Positions 11,101-20,389 of a stretch of DNA of 20,389 nucleotides are shown here, piece by piece. The position numbers and the translations under genes are program-made. Numbering within the stretch: the first letter of the stretch is position 1; the number at the start of each line of letters is the position of its first letter. The DNA lies in NCBI GenBank assembly GCA_054661495.1, contig BAAFSQ010000179.1, positions 1-20,389 of the forward strand, written 5' to 3'. The stretch is from Zygophlyctis sp. KS116. Lineage: Eukaryota; Fungi; Chytridiomycota. The notes under the pieces are model-generated. The model was not told where the DNA came from, made no database searches, and saw only the letters and a program-made list of their open reading frames with translations.

Positions 11101-11606
11101 AGTTACCTCACAGCCTGGAAGTAATTACAATTTATTTATTAAAAATTAGAAATAATAACAAGATCAATGGCGCGATCCAACCCAGACACATATACCATAA
11201 TTCCATGTGTTGTAAAAATAATTAAACTATTGATTGCAGAATTAGATAATCGACTTGAAGCCGACGCCCGTCTTGAAGCTTCACGTAAACATCTTAGTAA
11301 AGACTATGAATCCGAAGACGGTGAAGACTGGGAAGACGTTGACGACCATTCAGTGGATGAATTTACCCGATTTGACGAATATGCAGAGGATACTCTAGAC
11401 ATTGAAGAAATTGATGAAACTACACTAGATCAGGATGATCCCATGTATAATTTAGACTTGAAGGTAATTCTGAGCATATTTATTTTTAGCAATATCTATT
11501 AGATTTTTTCAAGTCTTGTTACTCAAACGATCATGGATTTGTTAATTTGGTAGAGACTTTTCTATCATTGAATGAAAAGAGTAAATTAAGCGGTTGGGTT
11601 AATTAA
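8110..11606 (+). CDS. IPO9: Importin-9 / Kap114-like karyopherin with 15 introns (8368-8394, 8686-8711, 8916-8947, 9281-9337, 9437-9461, 9569-9597, 9738-9765, 10065-10092, 10172-10197, 10347-10375, 10505-10534, 10808-10835, 11000-11028, 11121-11149, 11464-11489)
   Basis: IBN_N motif VRQLAALTLRNYVEWHWS; IAHFDWPESWPTLF; YPFLQGRALW; ESSAIFVGDL; ITRSMAR...PDTYTIIP..VKIIKLLIAEL; acidic loop. All exons join in one frame. Confidence 0.93.
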
Positions 11607-11616
11607 ATTGTTAAGC

Positions 11617-12204
11617 ATGCAACATTCATTTTCCTTTGATATTTCTATTGAACGTTATTATCTTCGAGATGCATTGAAAGCGAGTATTTATTGCTGATTA
11701 ATTCTAGTTCTGCATAGTATTATCTTCCATCGGAGTCTTCAAACGATTAAACCAATTTCAGTCGATGTAGACTCACTTAACCTGACATACGTCAAGATTG
11801 AAGATCCGTTCATTGAAGATGCTGTAAATAAGAAAGTTGCATTATTCACTGAAGCGCTTAAAGGCAAAAGTCCCAAACAATGCACGAGCGGACGAGTTGG
11901 AATTCTGTTTTATGAAAAAGGAAAAGGATCTTCCAGTACATGGTTCTCTGGCTCAAACGATATTTGCTGGGAGCAGTGGATCATAAATGTTAAAATCACT
12001 CAAGCGCTGGGAGAAAAGGATGAAATCAAGGCAAAGAAACAACTTGAAGCTGATATAACTCAATTACTTCATAATATTAGTGATACGACGATGCAATCAT
12101 TAGATCATATACCAGCGTTGACTTCAAATGCACCCTTTCCTTTTCAAATTGTACTCATGTCTAAAAGTGACCAATCTTGGACTCAAATGCTAAAACAAAT
12201 GATT

Positions 12205-12210
<6 letters not shown>
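11617..12210 (+). CDS. ATG101: Autophagy-related protein 101; intron 11684-11707 (24 nt); missed by the ORF track
   Basis: ALKA|[20 protein letters not shown] finger (STWFSG), CWEQW, DHIP, FPFQI. Confidence 0.92.
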
Positions 12211-13901
<1,691 letters not shown>

Positions 13902-13973
13902 CAATTGATACCGCGAAGGAAATTTCTAGGGTCGCCATCCCCGCATTTAAGAACGAATACCAACTGTGATTCC
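13902..13973. promoter_or_regulatory. 72-bp bidirectional promoter PCCB / CBS(-PCCA)
   Basis: CpG-rich spacer (CCGCGAAGG, TAGGGTCGCCAT, CCCCGC) between divergent ATGs. Confidence 0.6.
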
Positions 13974-14415
13974 ATGGATTGTATCATTATTTTATACTAA
14001 TCATAGATGCAACAGTAGAAGATCTTCAGCTCCCAGAAGCAATTTGTATATTCCAGAAACAATCAATCTCTACAGCACATCAGATAATGTCGATGCAAGA
14101 TTTCTCGCAATTACCAGTAGTCAATAATCATCGAAAATTGGTTGGATTGATCAGCCTTGATATGATATCAAAGTATAATGGGGACAGAAATGATCCGGTA
14201 TCTAAAGGTAAAATAATACAACTTATCTGGTAGTAATGGTGATTTTTGGTAGGCGAGAACCGTATTTGTTGATAACTCCATCCACTAAATTATCGGATCT
14301 TCAGGATTTTTTCAAAAATCATTATGCAGGATTTGTGACTGATGGGAATAATAGATGGCCATTAGCGGTAATTACTAGAGATGATTTGGGTAAAAGAGCA
14401 GAACGTACCATCTAA
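13974..14415 (+). CDS. Small stand-alone CBS-pair (Bateman) domain protein, ~129 aa; introns 13981-14006 and 14208-14233
   Basis: MDYATVEDLQLPEAI...DFSQLPVVNNHRKLVGLIS...YLLITPSTKLSDLQDFF...FVTDGNNRWPLAVITRDDL: two CBS motifs and no catalytic domain. Confidence 0.85.
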
Positions 14416-14426
14416 AAAATTAATAA

Positions 14427-16662
<2,236 letters not shown>

Positions 16663-16675
16663 AATAATAAAGCTT

Positions 16676-17959
16676 TTATGACTCAGTTTCTAGATTCACA
16701 CTTTCAAGCGCAGTTTCCAATTCTTTTGTTTGTGAAGGTGGCTTCATTGAAAAAGTTTTTGGAACAGATGGGTCCATAAACTGTGTCAGCATTTCATTAG
16801 TCACCAAAGCCCGGGCCTTTTGAACATTAAGAACGATATCCTGTAAAATAGAAATACATCTAGCCTTTAATGCTGAAGTTGATAATGATCCTGATCTATA
16901 AGTGCTTTCAAGAGTAGATAATTCTTCATCATCATCCAAGAAAAATCGCAAATATTGGTAAGCAACATCTACATCCGGATTACCTCCAAGTTGGGCATGA
17001 AGTTCTGCTGTTTCCTGTCCACCAGAAAACGCATATCTATTAATCTTATTTTTAATTTGAGCAGGAGTATCCGTCAAATAAATTGCAGAATTAGCTTGTG
17101 ATGCCGACATTTTTGATCCAGGTCCTTGAAGAGCAGGGAAAAACTTTGAATGAATCAATGCTGGTTTAGGATATTTCAGTTTAGCTGCTACATCTCTAGT
17201 TAATCTAAAGTATGGATCTTGATCAATAGCGCATGGAATTAAACAAGGAATATCCCCTTTATGCCCAAATATTTGAGGAAAAGTATTCGAAAAAGAAGGC
17301 GCAGCCTGTATCGACACGAAATGAGCTTTTCCAATATTATCACTTTTTCTTAACTTACAAAAAGTTTACCTATCATTAAATCCAAAAGTAGATTTCGATT
17401 GATTTAGAGTGATTGATTTTGAAATTTTCACCACATTTTTATAAAAAGCACCCGACATATAATCTAAATTAGAAAACATAAATGTCTTTGTAGGATCAAA
17501 TCCAAAAGCAATAATATCTTTAGCATTTTCCTTTGCAAATGCATTTGCTTGATCAATCTTTAAATCTTGTTTAAACAAAAACTTTTCATCATCAGTCAAC
17601 TGTATAACCAATGTCGCTCCAAAAACATCCTGAAGCCACTTACAAAAAATAAATGGAACCATATGACCAATATGCATTGACCCTGATGAAGGCCCTCTTC
17701 CAGTATAGATATAGAATGACTTCCCCTTTTCATACTTGTCCAATATTAGATTTAATTCTCTATGAGAGAAGAATAATCCTCTTCTCAAAAACGGATGCGC
17801 TCTTTGCCCAGTCAACTGTTCCAATCGTTTCAGTAAAGACAAATCAATTTCCCTGGTTCCGAATGAATTAATGAGTTTATCGTAATCAATCGCAACAACA
17901 TTCCCATCTACTACTGATCCCTGAACATCCCAAGGAGTAACAATCTGCTCAGATTCCAT
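16676..17959 (-). CDS. WRS1: Cytosolic tryptophanyl-tRNA synthetase; intron 17343-17369 (27 nt)
   Basis: [42 protein letters not shown]; ATG at 17959. Confidence 0.97.
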
Positions 17960-18198
17960 TTGAATATCTTTAGGTTCTATACGCCTTGACTCGTTTAGCG
18001 CCACAGTTTACTAGTTTGAGCAGTTGTAGCAATGGTTGGCTAAAACGGTTTCAGCGATCGATTTCATTCATAATATTATAAAATACTAATAAATGCAAGA
18101 AATCAAATGGTTGTAACATTGGATGAAACAGACATAACGAATACGGGAACGATCTAAAACCGATCCTTCTAAACTCAAATTTGAAGTTTCAAAAGTAG
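17960..18198. promoter_or_regulatory. Divergent spacer TrpRS / TFIIIC-like gene (239 bp)
   Basis: TTTAGCGCCAC (17994), ACGGGAA; CpG-rich ends with an AT-rich centre. Confidence 0.5.
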
Positions 18199-18454
18199 AT
18201 GAGTGAATCGGATTGGGAAGAAATATCAACTCAAGTATGCATTATTGATGGGGCTCCTGCTGATACTAATATTAAATTGGTAAATTAAAATCATTAATGA
18301 TTAGAATCTGAGTGAATCTCCTTCATTGGAAAGTGCAGGAGGGAATGTCAAATTGGTTTGGGATTCTGGAGTTGGTCTAGATGTGATACTTGATTCAAAG
18401 GGGCAGGTGATAGGTACATCAGATCTAAAGTTGTTGCCATTTAATGAATTTTGA
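18199..18454 (+). CDS. 76-aa protein resembling the TFIIIC subunit 6 (Sfc7/GTF3C6) triple-barrel domain; intron 18280-18304; missed by the ORF track
   Basis: MSESDWEEISTQVCIIDG...IKL|NLSESPSLESAGGNVKLVWDSGVGLDVILD resembles the recalled pattern WEEE..hhhD...L.T..P.L......W...VGT.hhF; clean 25-nt GT-AG intron. Confidence 0.62.
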
Positions 18455-19701
18455 GCCTGGAAATCTATTTCTATTTAATAAATTGCAATTAACGATTATT
18501 TCTCAAGTTGCAGTTGGTGGGTTTTCATGGATCTATATTGTAAAGAGTGAGACCGATACTTTTATTCTTAAGCGATCAAGTGTGCCGCCTGATCCAAGAG
18601 CTTATCAGAATGCTATAAATGAAATCGAAATACTGGTATTCTATTCTAAATTTTACAATAGAATCTAGCAAGAGGAAATCCGAATATCGTTCAGTTATAT
18701 GATCATATGATTACTGGATTGGCTCATGGGGGATATGAGATTTATTTACTTTTGGAATATTGTTTGCATGGATCAGTTGTTGATGTTATGAATCGGAAAA
18801 AGGTTTTAAATGAACCAGAAATAATTTGTATTTTTACTGGGATTTGTTATGCTGTAAAATGGATTCATGATCAGGGAATAATTCATAGAGATTTAAAGGT
18901 GGAAAATGTATTACAATCTAGTCATGTAAACGAATTTAAATTATGTGATTTTGGATCTGCTACAAAACAAGTGATTCCAAAAGGAGTTCAACTATCAATG
19001 GAACAAGTTAGAATACTCTCTGATGAAATTGATAAATATACAACAATCGCATATAGAGCTCCTGAAATTTGCAATCTATTTCATTCAAAAGGAATTACAA
19101 ATAAGATTGATATTTGGGCTCTAGGAATTATATTGTACAAATTATGTTTTTTTGTAAGTTGTTTTCTTGTAATATTTTAGATTACACCATTTGAAGAGTC
19201 TGGAAAATTAGCAATATTAAATGGGAAATATTCTTTTCCAGCTACACCAATATATTCTAAAAACTTGTTATTACTTATACGTAAGTTTATAATTTTAAAT
19301 TTAGAAATGTTACTCGTGACAGATCCTGATGCAAGACCAAATATTAATCAAATACTTGACTTTATCACAAAAATTCAAAATGATATTCCTGTATTTTAAT
19401 TTATAACTAAAACTAGATTACACTCATTGATAACGCATTTGCGCCAAAATCACAAAATTCACTTTTAAAGAAATCTGTTCAAAACTCATCATTAGTAGAA
19501 ACAAATATTACGCCAATGCGCAGAGGTAGACCAAGTCGGTCCAATGATGCTTCTCCAATAGATACTGGGGCTAATACTAATTTCTGGGATAATTGGAATC
19601 ATGATACAGTGTCTCAAGGCTCACAACGCAAAAACATCTTGTCTAATGACTTTGTTGAGTTTGATCCCCTCTTCTCTCAAAGTTTTGATCAAAATAAATA
19701 A
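18444..19701 (+). CDS. NAK-family Ser/Thr kinase (Ark1/Prk1/AAK1-like); introns 18636-18661, 19154-19180, 19281-19304, 19391-19416
   Basis: GGFSWIY, HRDLKVENVL, KLCDFGSA, KYTTIAYRAPE, DIWALG, TPFEE, and the post-kinase PMRRGRP motif. Confidence 0.92.
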
Positions 19702-19739
19702 TCAGATGATAAAGTCTAGATATTTTCATTGAGTGTGAG

Positions 19740-20389
19740 TTGTCCAGTTCCTGCGCCACTGCATGTGGTAAGCTTTGAGCTATTAATCTTGATTACCGGC
19801 CAGTCCTTATTGAAACTCATTATATTGGAGATCAGAATAGAGGAAGACCGCTTACTAATTTTGCTCACTTGATTGGTTCTATTAAGCAAGCTCTTCCATA
19901 TAAACTTGGTTCTACCGACATTGATGAACTCACTCTCCACCTTGCGGATGGATATGATAGGTCTGATCTTAAAGAAGAATGATTTTCCTCCATTGATGAA
20001 ACTGATACTTCTCTTGACCCGGGCTGCTTACTTTTAATCTTGTTTCACTTGAATCAAAATCAAAACAACCACTCATAATCAAGTCAAGTAATAATGCTGG
20101 CAAATGTATGTTTAGTATTGGTCTTATATAAAAAGTTAATATTGGTCTAATATCAAAAGTTCATTATGATTGGGAGTACTTACAAAATCTCTTTTACTTC
20201 AAGAGTATCTTTAGACGTTCCTAATGATAATCTTGAATCTACAGACACAGATCTTTTCTTCTCTAAATCAGGCCAATCTACCAATAAAGAAAAACGTTCT
20301 CTGTGGGAGAATAGATCAAGGATAATCCTATCAAGTTTTCAGCAAGGTTTCTGCTTGAATTGCCTGAGCCAGTTAACACCGTCTCAATT
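19740..20389 (+). pseudogene. Degraded Crinkler(CRN)-like gene with ubiquitin-like N-terminal header
   Basis: Frame from 19740: SSSCATACGKL*AINLDYRPVLIETH...LTNFAHLIGSIKQALPYKLGSTDIDELTLHL...EE*FS...LDPGCLL, then a frameshift to SKQPLIIKS. In-frame TGA at 19776 and 19980; no ATG. Family assignment is from recalled similarity only. Confidence 0.5.

Noticed and set aside
17653-17871. Plus-strand 72-aa ORF
   Set aside because: Antisense to TrpRS; no motif.
18018-18070. tRNA-like A/B box impression (TAGCAATGG...GATCGATTTC)
   Set aside because: Too short; no acceptor stem or anticodon arm.
19716-19940. Minus-strand 74-aa ORF
   Set aside because: GTG start, no motif; antisense to the more protein-like plus-strand pseudogene frame.
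19776-19982. TGA reassigned to Trp/Sec (alternative genetic code)
   Set aside because: TGA ends RCAN and the TFIIIC-like gene, conserved Trp codons elsewhere are TGG, and frameshifts accompany these TGAs.

Overview
AT-rich, extremely compact eukaryotic DNA, most consistent with an early-diverging (chytrid-like) fungus. This assignment is inferred from the fungal-type proteins, both propionyl-CoA carboxylase subunits, ATG101 and a Crinkler-like remnant. Manual splicing gives 16 protein genes plus one pseudogene: a repeat-rich acidic protein (partial), RPL38, a LYAR-type Zn finger, calcipressin/RCAN, RPC37/POLR3E, IRE1, a MAPR/Dap1-like heme-steroid binding protein, GPN3, importin-9, ATG101, PCCB, a small CBS-domain protein, PCCA, cytosolic TrpRS, a TFIIIC-sub6-like micro-gene, an Ark1/Prk1 (NAK) kinase and a decayed CRN-like gene. 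About 52 introns were reconstructed; all but one are 23-32 nt. The genes radiate from five short CpG-containing divergent spacers. Same-strand neighbours are separated by only -11 to +37 nt (operon-like), and two convergent pairs overlap at their stop codons. Main oddities: the operon-like runs, a PCCB/CBS/PCCA cluster around one 72-bp spacer, an IRE1 with no signal peptide starting 4 nt after the upstream stop, and a PCCA intron that cannot be spliced as GT-AG without breaking the biotinyl domain.
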